From assembly GCF_009914755.1 (NCBI RefSeq), contig NC_060927.1: a stretch of 64,000 nucleotides of DNA. The stretch is one strand, 5' to 3'. Below are positions 50,600 to 64,000 of this stretch, piece by piece; positions within the stretch are counted from its first letter, which is position 1, and the number at the start of each line of letters is the position of its first letter. Below the pieces are notes generated by a model. The model ran no database searches, was not told where the DNA came from, and was given only the letters and a program-made list of their open reading frames with translations. A program made the position numbers and the translations under genes. Source of the DNA: the human T2T-CHM13v2.0 reference genome, Homo sapiens.

Positions 50600-50800
50600 A
50601 GTCTCCAAACCTAGCTCTGCGCTTTATTAGTCATGCATCCATAGGGAGATTACTTAACATCTCTGTGCCTCTGTTGCTGTGTGAAATAGGGATAGTCAAG
50701 ATAGCACATCACACGGTTCAGGTGAGAATTAAATGCAACATTATTTATAAAGTTATTAATACATTATCTGGCACATTGTGAATTCTCAATACGTGTTCCT
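50600..50800 (+). mobile_element. MIR
   Basis: ttacttaacatctctgtgcctc..gtgagaattaaatgc..tctggcacattgtg. Confidence 0.75.
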
Positions 50801-50818
50801 AAAATGGGAGAGCGTCTC

Positions 50819-51222
50819 TGTCTTAGTCCTTTTGTGTTGCTATAAAGGAATACTCAAGAATGGTTAATTTATGAAGAAAAAAAGGTTTATTTAGATCACA
50901 ATTCTCATGGCTGGAAGGTTAAAGATTGGACATCTTCATCTGGTAAGGGCCTCAGGCTGCTTTCACTCATAGCGGAAGGCAAAGGGGAGCCACATGTGCA
51001 GAGATCACATAGTGAGAGAGGAAGCAAGGGAGAGGGAAAGGTGCCAGGCCCTTTTAAACAACCAGCTCTTTCAGGAACTAGTGGAGCCCAAAAGAGGGCA
51101 GTAATCTACTCATGAAGGATCCTCTCTCTTGACCCATACACCTCACCCCAGGCCCCATCTCCAACATTGGGGATCAAATTTCAGCATGAAGTTTGGAGGG
51201 TACAAATATCCAAATCACTGTA
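50819..51222 (-). mobile_element. MSTB-like MaLR solo LTR
   Basis: tgtcttagtccttttgtgttgctataaaggaatac..caacattggggatcaaatttcagcatga; exact TSD gtctc at 50814-50818 and 51223-51227. Confidence 0.9.
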
Positions 51223-51339
51223 GTCTCTTAGCTCCAACATTATGTGAGTTTCTAAATGCTGTGCCATATCTGTTTTCTCCCTGATGTTGATAATTTATAT
51301 TTGGAGCACACCATGGAGTCAGGGAGTCCTACAATAACT

Positions 51340-52045
51340 CACAAGGTCATTTTATTTAACATACATTTATACAACTCATACCATGTGCCAGGGTCTAACG
51401 TAAGGACTGGACACATATTTATTTCATCTTCCACACAAGCCTATGTGGTAGGTATTCTACACAAAAGCCTACACATTTCTATACCTGCCACATTTTGTGA
51501 CTTATCTTGATAAGTCCTGTGGGAGTGGGGAGGGGAGAATAAAGATGAAAGAGTAAGATTCTGCCCTTAAGGCAGAGGATAGAGAAACAAATAATCGTAG
51601 AGGGTATATTATCTCAGGCTATTTTGCGTGCATTATTTAATTTCAAGCAACAACTCTGTGAGATAGGTGATATTCCCATTATATAGATGTGGAAATAAAC
51701 TAAAGAGGTTTTATAACTAGCTCAACATTGCACAGCTAGTTCATCGTGAGAAATGGGATTCTAACTTGGGCCTAATTCCAAATCCCATACACTTTTCACT
51801 GCATCTTGATGTCTGTTAATAGGAAAGATAATATGCATATATAAATATAAGGTATAAATAAAATAATATAGATAAATTGTCCTAGGAGTTAAGGGGAGTA
51901 AGAGATTACTCCTAGCCAAGAGGGTCATGAGAACCTTCATTGAAGAGGGATTATTTGAAATAGGACCTAAAAGTGAACAGGATGTGGGCTGGTGGGATTG
52001 GGGGAAGGAGATTCCAGGTAGACGGAAGAGCACAAGCAAAGGCTA
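51340..52045 (-). mobile_element. Interleaved MIR and L2 fragments
   Basis: cccattatatagatgtggaaataaac (MIR); ccttcattgaagagggattatttgaaataggacc..ggagattccagg (L2). Confidence 0.6.
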
Positions 52046-53222
52046 TGATCGGATCAGGATAACATGTGGAGTTGGTAGTGAAGTACCAAGGAGGGGGACC
52101 TGCCTGGGTGGGATACAGTATCTTTCACCAACATTGTTTAGAATTGCCAAAGCGTGGTCATAACAAAGAGCAGTCTGACTTTGTTTAAAGGCAGTGTTAT
52201 TACTGCCTTTAAATTCTACAGATAATGTGCCTGCTTTATTATGTGTACCCAGGACAGACCACTCCTGTCAACCTCTATCCTTTGGTATGCCTTTGGGTTT
52301 GTTGGAATAAGTTTCTCTTGAATTCTGTTCTCTATATGTCTTTCTTGGTAGCACTCCAATTTCTGCGATTTCCAGCCTGTGTTATTCCCAGCCTGTGTTA
52401 TTTCTGGCTTGTATTCTTCACTATGTGATTTTTACCCTGTGTTCCAGGAAGACAGGTTCTTTCAGGGTCAAAGAGGTAGCCCTAGGCTTTCTATAGGTTT
52501 TGGAAAAGAAGGGTCTTAAGTGGAGCCAGGTGTTTCTCATATTCCAGGTCTGGAGTTCTTCTGTCTCAGGCAGGAAGCCTGGCTGAAATAAAAACTTTCT
52601 TCAGGATCTGAGCAATACCCTAAAGTCCACAAGCAATGCTAGATTGAACTAAATGACATGGGCCATGGAAGAATCTTCTTAGAATTCTTGTCACGTGGTG
52701 GGAAGTTAAGAGTGGGCTGACTTGAACATTGAAACCGTTAAAGGGAAGACCATGTGGTTGATACCCTCCCTACCCTCATCCCCTGGCCTTTCCTTGACTA
52801 CCACCCTGGGGCAAAGGAAGAAGGAGGATCTCCTGCTAATTTTCAACTGCGTTTTGCTCTCTGTTATGTAGTATTTCAGTGACATCATCCACTCAGGAGA
52901 GTTGGGGCGAGGCTGGCTGAGGTTCTCAAGGAGCTGAGTTTTGAGTTCAGGTGCTCGTGTAGCAGTGGAATGATGCCTCCTGACCTTTCAGACCTTTGAG
53001 ACCTCTGGGCGGTCTTAGAAATCACTTCAAGCCTCCAGTCCAGGATACGACTGCCTAGGGGAATTCCAGGGAAAGGTGGCAGGTAGAGTATCCTTTCTGA
53101 GTTTTATTCTCTCGTCCTCCTTTCCCTTCTTTCTGTGTGTCTGTGTTGCTCCGTTGTGTCTCCTCCTCAAGATTCCAAAGAACATTAATGCCAAGGTATT
53201 TATTTTATGTTCTTGTCAACAG

Positions 53223-53355
53223 AGATGCCATGGACTACAAGGTGATGAATACCACTATGAGCTCACTACAAGATCTCAAAGATTTCAAGCCACTGGCTGT
53301 TACAAAGCATAAAGCCACCCTTCTGGAGCAGCGGCGGGAGGCAGGCTGGGAGGAG
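53223..53355 (+). other. Candidate 133-nt exon (lncRNA or smORF)
   Basis: Acceptor ttttatgttcttgtcaacag, donor GAG|gtaagg, GCCATGG inside; no transcript evidence available. Confidence 0.4.
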
Positions 53356-55619
53356 GTAAGGAATCATCCACTCTTCCCTCTACCCCTTGACTCCATCAAC
53401 CTTTAGCTGTCAGATTGTTTGGGCTCATGCCTGATGGGCTTTTTCCCATGTGTTCTTCCACAGGCCCCAAGTTTTGGCCAGACGATAGACCACCTCCTTA
53501 GGTGTCCGGGGAGCTGCTGAAACATAATGAGGAAGATGCTGCTGATCCAAAGGATAAAAACACAGAAACTAGAACCAAGAAGCACCTAAAGTGGACTCAT
53601 GCCCAGCATCCCTGCAGACTGACTTTCTCTGAGCTATAGTTCTGCATTGGACTGTTTTTCCTTTGCTATCACCTGCCCAACACACAATCCTGGATGCTTT
53701 TGATTGGTTGGATTTCTTTTTTTTTTCCTGCCTTTTCTTTTTCTTTCCTTGACCCTGGGAATTATAAACGAGAAATTGCTTTAAAAAGTATTGTTCTGTG
53801 CTAAAATTAGCCTTGTTTATGAACAAGTTTTATCCCTAGGGATTTCCTGAATTGCAATCCCAGATTACCTTGTAAATGGGGCTGTGTTGTTTGATTTGTA
53901 TAGTACTGATCTGTAGGTTAAAATACGTTTCCTTTCTTTTGTTTCATTCTTTTTTTAAAAGTCTGGATCCAGGTAATGGCCTGAGTCACATTTGCTTAGC
54001 TACTGAAGCGATCTCAATATGTTATCGCTTAGAGTTGAAACATAATCAAACATACGTTATACCTGGGGCTCTTGCACACTATTTGATATATATATGTTAC
54101 TCTACAAAGAAACACAAACCTTGTATGTTGAAATGTAATTCCTGTTTGATCCTGCAGCTAGAATGCTAAAGAAATTGCAAATATCAAAAGTGACTTCAAA
54201 TACCCTGAATATAAGCTAGTCAACAGTAAGTGGATGGTTGCAGAATACCATATTCTAAGACAAAGCAGGAATTAGAGATCAACTGACCTCATCCATAATG
54301 TTGCTCAGGTCTGTCTGTGGATCTGTCCATTTTGGAGTAAAAAACAAGGCATGCTTCTGTGATTGTGTTTATGAAAACTGTAGTATTTCAGATTTATGTT
54401 TTGCAATTGTGCCTGCCTTGCAATAAAACACCTTCAGTTGACTCAGCAATAAGGTCTCTGTCAATTTCCTGCAAAACTGTGTCCTTATTGGCTTTCTAAA
54501 AAAGTCCAGTGTAGACCTATCAGTGGTGACCTGCTAGACATTTCAGCTGGATCTAGCATTATTGCTCTTTCAGAAATAGCACTAGAGCTGTCCATTGTCT
54601 ACACATGGGGTCAGAGTTGTATGGTCAGATTCTCAATTCTTCATATTACCATCAGCTACAGAAATCTCTAGTCACAGCCTAACCCTGTTACATATATGTG
54701 CTGCCATCTGCCATTGTGTTCTAACTCTGGAGTCCCTATTTATTTCTGAGATTTTAGGACAAGACAAAAATCCTCTGGACCTCAGTGTCCTCATATACAA
54801 AATGGGAATAATGATACTTCCTATGATTGTGGTGATAAGTGCCTGTAAAAGGACATCACATGGATGGTACTTTGCACGTTGTAAATTCATTGGGATGTGG
54901 CAATGTTCAATAAATGGTGGTTATTTTATTTGTTAATAAAGAATTGAATGAATTTCTAAATCTCTTACAGTTGACCTTTAGTTGAGAACACTGTGTAACT
55001 TCTGAATAGTTTCTTAGCCCTCTTTACTTAAAGCCCTTGGAAAAAACATGAAGATTCATGAGACGGAAGTCCCGAGTGGAGAATCTGCTGCTGCCTTCCT
55101 TGGCCACATAACCAAATACCTCAATTCCTTAATTCCTCCTTCTGAAAAATAGGGCAGATGTTTTACCTCCTTCACAGCGATGACACTATCCTGTTTGCAG
55201 AAAATGATATACTGTACACATAACTGTATGAGACACCACCTTTTCCACTTATTTGCATCATCAAGCTCATGTCATCCAAAGGGAGGTGAGTATCCCTCTA
55301 AATACTGACAAGAAGAGCTCATTAACTAAGAAGAATAATTCAGACCATCAAAAACCGAATCAAACTGGATCTGTCACTTTAGTGGAAAGCACTTTTGAGA
55401 AAACCCTGGTATTCTCTACCACCACACCTGGGATTTCAGGGTGATGAAAATGTGCAGCAAAGACAAGAGCTAAGATATTTCATTTTGGACTGGGTGGCAA
55501 ATGGAACAGTCATTCCCTGATTGCCATGGTACAGATTATTGTCCCACAGACATTATCCCTGGACTTCAAGACATGCATAGTAGAAAGAACATTTTCTACT
55601 TTCTACCCTGAAGTCATTA

Positions 55620-55890
55620 AAATGACAATAATACTTGCAATAGCAAGTTAACAGTTATTGAGCACTTACTATAGACTGGGAATTAGGCAAAACATTACAA
55701 GCACTGGCTCATAATCATCACAGTGATTATATGAGTAGGTACTCTCATTACCCCCATTGCCTACCCGAGAAACTGAGGCATGAAGTGGTTAGGTAACTAA
55801 GCCAGACCACCTAGTTGGTGAGGGGCATAGCTGGATGAATCAGTCAGGTTGTCCTGATTCCAGAGCTTGGGCTCTTCACTGCCATGCTCA
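55620..55890 (-). mobile_element. MIR (near full length)
   Basis: ttattgagcacttacta..gagaaactgaggcatgaagtggttaggtaact..cctgattccagagc. Confidence 0.85.
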
Positions 55891-56479
55891 GCTGCTTCCT
55901 CACTTGGGCTTCAGTCCCTGTCTGATTGCTTACTGGCTTGCGAATTTAAACCTCACCTTTGGAACTTCACTGTCCTTATTTGTGATTTCGGTCTATTCTC
56001 ATTCTCTCTCGCCTGCTTCCCACAATTATTGCCTATGTTCTTGGAAGAATGTGTTCCACCTACCATGAAAAGTAAATATTTTATTTTTTAAATAATATTT
56101 TAAAAATTAAATTCACTTCTAAATGGGATCCAGGTTAAGCCTACCTTATGCTGAATTCTACTTTCTATTTAGCAGTTTGAGGTTTCAGTGTATCATATCC
56201 AGAGAAAGTCCTAATGCTTGTGAATGTTGAGCCCAAAAGCTATATGACAGGTAACTGAGAGAGTACCAAACTAAAAGAGAAACAATATTAGATTCTTGAG
56301 CAAAACAATGCCGACTCTAACCTTAGTTCCCAAAGTCTTGATCAAAGGATGTCCCTTATGTCAGACTGAAATAACCTTTTTCCAATTCCCTCCAACAGCT
56401 TATCCAGAGGGTGGTAATATGGTGTATCTGTTTGAAGGACCACTGGAATTGAAAGCAGGTTACATATTTCCAAGCAAGT

Positions 56480-56892
56480 TGTAGCAGCTGCAACTGGCAT
56501 ACTGTCCAGTTTTTTTAGGGCTTCCTTTAACTGGGGCACCTTTGTACATCATAGGCCAGAAGTGCCAGGGCATGTATTCCTTGCCCCACCTGAGACTAGC
56601 CCTCAACCAATGACTGAAGACTGTTGGGATGTAAATACCCCAGCCCCTCACCCCTTGGTGGACTGAAGGAGGCATGTTCTATACTGGCTCTGAGTTCTTC
56701 TGTGAGGTGATGCTCCAGTTGTCCATGGTGTTAACTAGTTGCTAGCCTACTTTTGTTGGCCACCTTTCGTTCTCTATCTCACACTGTTCTCAACTCTTAA
56801 CCATTGCTTCCTAGAATCACTCCCCCAGTAAGTAATTTGCACAAACATTCCTATCTTAGAGTCTGCTTCTGGGAGAAGCCCAAGCAAATTCA
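56480..56892 (+). mobile_element. LTR16A-like ERVL LTR
   Basis: tgtagcag..ccctcaaccaatgactg..taaataccccagc..agtctgcttctgggagaagcccaagc. Confidence 0.8.
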
Positions 56893-57115
56893 AAGTTCTG
56901 GTGCTGGTCAATTATAGATGTAATAATGCACCAGAGGAAATACAACAGTATCATTCAATACTTTACATAGTCTCTTTCTTTGTCCTTCTACTGATATTTT
57001 GCTAATATCAAAGGGGTTAAGAACAGGAAGGGGGACCTTAAAACCTGAGACTCAATTGCCAGAGAACAATTTCCTTCTTGCAAAATAGGCACCTTCAGAA
57101 GTTATGAGATACTTT

Positions 57116-57470
<355 letters not shown>

Positions 57471-59989
57471 TTAATACCAGGCAAGAATCACCTGATGGCA
57501 AATCAAATTACAATTCACAGGCTAGAACAAGTAATTAAATATAAGGGGGTAATGGGAAAAGGAGAGAGTCACAATCCCAAAGCCCCTCTCTCACCTCTCA
57601 AGGACTCCTATTTGCCTTTGAATCACTTCTGCTTCAATTAACATTGATTGAACTTGCCTAGAGTGCCTGGCTCTTGTCAAATCCCATTACAGGAGACTCC
57701 AAGATGCTATCTGTCGCAAACCTTTGTTGTACTGGGACATTTTTGTGGGAATATTGAATATTGTGTGGAGTAGCTAACACATTGATCAGGCATGTAATAC
57801 AAGAGGTTTGTTTTTTCTAGTATGGCAGTATTATAAATGGGATTTCATTTTGCCATTATTATTATCAACTAGAACCAATTCTCTAAGTTCAAGTTATGAT
57901 GCTCTAGAAAGCATGTCAGACTGACCCACTACTGCTTTTAGAAATAAACATTGAAAATGTCAGCCCTGTAAAGTGAGAAAATGTGACTGAATCTTCTTTA
58001 TAGACATCACACACTGAATTTACTTGTTTTGTTGGAAGGAGACACACCAAGAAACATGTTTTCTCCATGGGGTTCTCAGTAAAGGAGTCTCTGTTTATTT
58101 TATTGGTGATGTAAGAGGAATTAGTAGTATTTATCAGTCTGCCTTAACTCTTTTTGTCTCACTCTTGCAAACGTCTTGAAGGGTGGGGCTATATTTTATG
58201 CATCTTTGTTTTCACTATGTGACTGACAACAGAGCTTTCTTCATGTTAGGTGTCTACTCCATTTTTACTTGAAATAATTAAACTAGATAAGGGAAACTAT
58301 TTTATAGATTTCCAATGGAATTTTAAGCCATTAGTAGTGTGCACCCAGCCTTATGCTTACTGGAGGAGGCAAGGAAAATCAAAATCCCATCCTTGGATGC
58401 ATGCTTAGATGTTCAGGGGCTAGATTCCTATGAGGAAAAAAAATCAGAGAATAACATTGTTTCTAGGATGTTTTTATGACCAAGAACATTTTATGCAGGG
58501 AAACACTATTATAGGTACCTTTTTAATGCTCGCATTTTAATCTTATTAATTTTTAATTTTTAGAAAAACATTTAAATGCTCTTGCTACTAATAAAACACA
58601 TCTTATGAATGGAATAATCTTAGATATTTAAATGCTGATTACAAATTTAATTAGACAAATTCTCCTAAGTATTTTAATAAAATACTTACCAATTTCATTA
58701 AGTTTCACAAACTTTAAAAGCAGATGGCACCCACATGTGCATGCACAAACACAATCAAAATCACAGTCACAATGGGATTCAAAATTTTTATTTCTACACT
58801 TAAGCTACTAAGTAGCATTTATACAATGGATTTATGTCTCCATTATTCACAAACTTGTTTTATACCTTCCTTGTTTTTTTATACTTAACTGTTTATACTT
58901 TCCTAGGTTTCAGTAATCTTGGAGACTTGAAAGAAAAAGAATGTAGTCTCGGCCCCGTTGGTTTTGCAGATTCTGGGTTATGAACCACATGATTTTTGGT
59001 CGATACATGGGATTTTATTGGATCCCTTCAAAGTTGATACAGCCAGTCCTGGGCCAGTGTTTTCCAGCTTGAGTTTTTTTCTGAGAGTTAGAGTTCAGTT
59101 GCTATGTCAATGGCTGTTGGAAGCTCTTGTCTTATACTAGAAACATGGAACCTCTTCTGAAGGTTCCCATGTCCATCAAATCTTAGTTCCAGGCAGTAAG
59201 CCTTTACTTCATGATGCTTTAGTTTCTCAGTATTTTTGATAAAAGCATCTAGTGATTTCATTATCCAAGAGATGAAGGGATGAGTCTGGGCAGCAGATTC
59301 TCTTCTTGTGATCACTGCATCATATGTCAGTTTCCAACACACCACTGGAATTTTTCTCCTAACTGTTATGAATGACCATAGGAGCTGATAACTCATCTGG
59401 TCTACCAAGATAAATCCACAAGTTTTCTTGAGTTATTTGACTTAACATTCACTGTAGATTTTTTTCCTATTTCTTGAGAAAAATATAGATATTGAAATAT
59501 ACATCAAATAAAGAAACCGAACATCTGCACATGTCAATTTTCTGACATACTTATTAAAAATATTTTAAAAATAAATATATCTTTCTTTTTGTTTTTCAAT
59601 GACCTCTTTGTACATCTACTGTTTCATTGTTAGGTACTTTTATAGACTGAAGTATGTGAAGGCTTTTCACAGACATAAGTTATTCCAATAAATTATAATT
59701 ATTCTTGTTCAAATTATTATACTGTGAGCACCCCCATAAGCTGTCTCCATTGTCTTTTCAGCATTACTTCTGAGACATTTTTGAAAGTTTCTTGCTTAAA
59801 AGTGACGAGATTTTCCATATCCATATTGTTTGCTCTTTATTGGTACCTAAGGTTTTAGTCCCTGAGAAGCCCTGGCTCCTAATAATAAAGAATAGCACTA
59901 GGATTGTGTATTAGCTTTATCCTCAGGAATATGGCGATAGTCAAAATATTACTTCTTTTTGTCACTTTAATGGAAGTGCTTGAAGAAAA

Positions 59990-60327
59990 TAGTCGTGTCC
60001 CACATAATGATGTTTTATATATATGATGGTTGTCCCATAAAATTATAATTAGACTGAACAATTCCTATTGCCTAGTGATGCTGTAGCCATCATAAGGTTT
60101 TGGCACAATGCATTACTCATGTGTTTGTGGTGATGCTAGTGCAAACTAACCTACTCCTCAAGAAGAGCCTGGGGCAGGTTCTTCAGGAGGTATTCCAGAA
60201 GAAGGCATTGTTATCATAGGAGATGACAGCTCCTTGCTTGTTACTGCCCCTGAAGACCTTCCAGTGGGACAAGATGTGGAGCTGGAAGACAGTGATATTG
60301 ATAATCCTAACCTGTGTAGGACTAGAC

Positions 60328-60372
<45 letters not shown>

Positions 60373-61044
60373 TTAATTTTTTTTAAAAAAGTTGAAAAAG
60401 AAAAAAATAATTTAACAATTTGAAACAGAAAAACTTTAAGAATAAGGATATAAAGAAAGAAAATACTTTTGTTCAGCTGTACAATATGTTTTAAGCTAAG
60501 TGTTATTACACAAGAGTAAAAAGTTAAAAAATTAAAACATTTATAAAGCAAATAGTTATAGTAAGCTACAGTTAATTATTACTGTAGGACAAAAATGATT
60601 TAAAATAAATTTAGTGTAGCCTAAGTGTACAGTGTTTATAAAATTCACAGTAGTGTACAATAATATCCTAGGCCCACATTCATTCACCACTCATTGACAC
60701 CCAGAACAACTTCCAGTCCTTCAAGCTCTATTTATGGTAAGTGCCCTACACAATTGTACTATGTTTAATCATTTACACCTTATTTTTACTTTTCTATGTT
60801 TAGATACGCAAATAACTTTCCATTACAATTACCAACAGTATTTAGTATTATATGGTTCAAACCTATACAATAACATGCTCTATATGTTCATAGTCTAGGA
60901 GCAGTAATATATACCATGTAGCCTAGATATATAGTAGGCTATACCATCTAGATTTGTATAATTGTGCTCTGTGGTAGCACGATGACAATCACCTAAGGAC
61001 ACATTTCTCAGAACATAGCCCTGTCATTAAAAGACACATGACTC
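59990..61044 (+). mobile_element. Tigger3b/MER7-type TcMar-Tigger element
   Basis: agtcgtgtcccacataatgatgttt..ttcaggaggtattccagaagaaggcattgttatcataggagatgacagctcc..catttctcagaacat..acacatgact. Confidence 0.9.
60333..60371. repeat. (TG)n microsatellite inside Tigger3
   Basis: Direct inspection, ~19 units. Confidence 0.97.
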
Positions 61045-61401
61045 TATTTTAAGATCAAAAGTTTTCATTAACATTTCTTAACATGAATGGTAATTTTTTA
61101 CATGTCCTAAGTATTTATCTAATATTAATTGTGAACATTGAATTTCCTATACCATGCCATCTTGGATCATTAAACTGGAATCACATTCTTATTTATTAGC
61201 CTTATATGTTTTATTGATCACCATTTTGTAGTTCTTTTATTGACAAATATAAGACACCATCCAATTGGAGAAAGCCATGAGATACACCAGAAAGATCAGT
61301 TTTATCATCTGGAAATGATATGAACTGATGAGATTTAGGATAGAGATTTTCATCTTATGGGTGATGAAATGCTCCTTGGAATTTTTATCAGTGGTCTAAG
61401 G

Positions 61402-61571
61402 CAATGGTTCTCAAAGCACGATCACCAGGAGGGAGTGTTAAAAGACAATTGTTGTGCCTACCTCAGAATTATTCCTAAATCAGAGGTGGGGGCTGGAAAA
61501 TTTGCATGTCTGACAAGTTCCTAGGTGAGACTGATGTTGCTGGCAGTGAGACCACACTCTGAGAACCAATG
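61402..61571 (-). mobile_element. MER5A
   Basis: caatggttctcaaa..tttgcatgtctgacaagttcctaggtga..accacactctgagaaccaatg. Confidence 0.85.
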
Positions 61572-62299
61572 ATCTAAGGAACATAAAATGAGGCTTGTTG
61601 GCTATGTAGAAATAGCCTTTGTTGCCTTTAACTTTGAAGCCATTAATCAAGCTGAAGATTAAGTAAGAAAAAGAAAAAGTAACAACTTCTAAAAAGACAA
61701 GTCTTTGGGCTATAAAAATTGATATTATTTTGAATCTTGTGTATTCCATCATGTCTACCCTTTCCTCATAGTTTCCATTCTCTTCTGGCAACTGACCGCT
61801 TAGCAGCTGTAGATCTCATGCAGAGACTTAGAGACTGAAGTGCAGAGTGGTATAAAAACCTTAATAAAAGCCGAAAAGAATTATGTAATTCACGTAGAAA
61901 ATTCCCTTCATGTAGATAAACACTAATGAAATTGCTTCCAAAAAATTCTTCGGAGGAAGGGAAAAATAATTCACACAATCAAAGGAATTTTATGCCTTTA
62001 AAACCAGATCCTAAATCTTAATTTTATTTTTTAAGTTTGAAATGTACATCTCGTTTCCCTTTATATGACCTGTTACAGAAGGAAGTCTATCTTCCTAAAT
62101 GTTTAAGCAAGTGCTAGGTGTGCTGTCACTTCAAGATGAATAATAAATAGCCATAATAAATGGATGTTGTAGGTGATATTAATAAGACATTTTCGATCCT
62201 GCAGGAAGAGTCATGCTGGAAGATAAATAGATGCATTTATTTATACTATTGTTAGGAACTTGAACTTTTAACCCACAGAGCAGGTGTTCAATCTATTTT

Positions 62300-63404
<1,105 letters not shown>

Positions 63405-63699
63405 TCCTCTTTTTTGTGTGTGTCATTTTCTTCTTTCTTTACCTATTGAAATCCAACAGAATCTTCAAAGATGCATAAGAATTGCTTCTTCTCTGCAGAA
63501 TGTTGCTTGATTCAGCCCAACTGATATTAGCTTTTCTTTCTTTTCTCCCACCTTACTCTGTGGAGCTTTCACATTCTGACTTGTGCCTTATCCCTAGTAG
63601 TTCTGATGGTGTGGAACATTATTTGTTGGATCCTGGAGTCCCAAATCCTGTTATGTATCTATGTGTGGAAATACCAAGATGGACACACTCCTAGCAAAT

Positions 63700-64000
63700 G
63701 CATGCTGTTTATAATTCATCAAATATTTCAGGGCCCTGTCATGGCCCAGCACAGTGCCAGGCATTGGACTCACACTAAATCTGGACTCTCTTAGAGCTTA
63801 TGTTCTATAGGAGGGACAAAGACAAAAAATAAACCAACATATTGTTATTGTGCATATAAATAAACTGACAGATAGTTATTTGTGCTAATAAGAATACAAG
63901 ACAGTGATGTTAAAGAGAGTTGTGGGTGTGAAATACATGTAGTTAGGGAAGGTTTCTCTGAGGTGATATTTAAAGTGAGACTTGAAGAATGAGAAAAAGC
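63700..64000 (-). mobile_element. L2 3' region
   Basis: attcatcaaatatt..cagcacagtgccaggcattgg..ttagagcttatgttcta..gggaaggtttctctgaggtgatatttaaagtgagacttgaa. Confidence 0.75.

Noticed and set aside
53172-53195. 24-nt microexon (AG..AAG|gtattt) just before the 53223 acceptor
   Set aside because: The following intron would be 27 nt, too short to splice; at most an alternative acceptor.
53230-53244. MDYKV resembles the FLAG tag start (MDYKD)
   Set aside because: Only 4 residues match, with no DDDDK and no vector sequence; coincidence.

Overview
AT-rich, CpG-poor primate (most likely human) non-coding DNA, intronic or intergenic. The assignment rests on AluY/AluS, L1PA, THE1, MADE1 and many older mammalian repeats (MLT, LTR16/33, MER21, MER DNA transposons, Tigger, MIR, L2, CR1). 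I recognise no protein-coding exon, rRNA, tRNA or CpG-island promoter. The protein-like ORFs in the track are decayed L1 ORF1/ORF2 pieces or Alu/LTR-derived frames. The best-supported oddity is a 328-bp templated insertion (5969-6296) that splits a MER3/MER33 fossil. It consists of an inverted copy of its own downstream flank plus a direct copy of 4992-5129, which creates a ~190-bp-arm palindrome. A second, 30-bp templated insertion sits in a MER58 fossil (12742-12771, copied from 10692-10721). Other points: a both-ends-intact L1PA with a ~1.7-kb RT deletion and an 82-bp x3 tandem array, a MADE1 (miR-548-type hairpin) inside another L1, a (CTG)10 tract grown from MER5A, a possible recursive splice site, a CTCF motif, and several + strand exon-like segments including a spliced 60-aa smORF. 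Repeat subfamily names are recalled from consensus sequences, not from a database search. The exon and enhancer calls are motif-level hypotheses. I found no evidence for a new multi-gene system.
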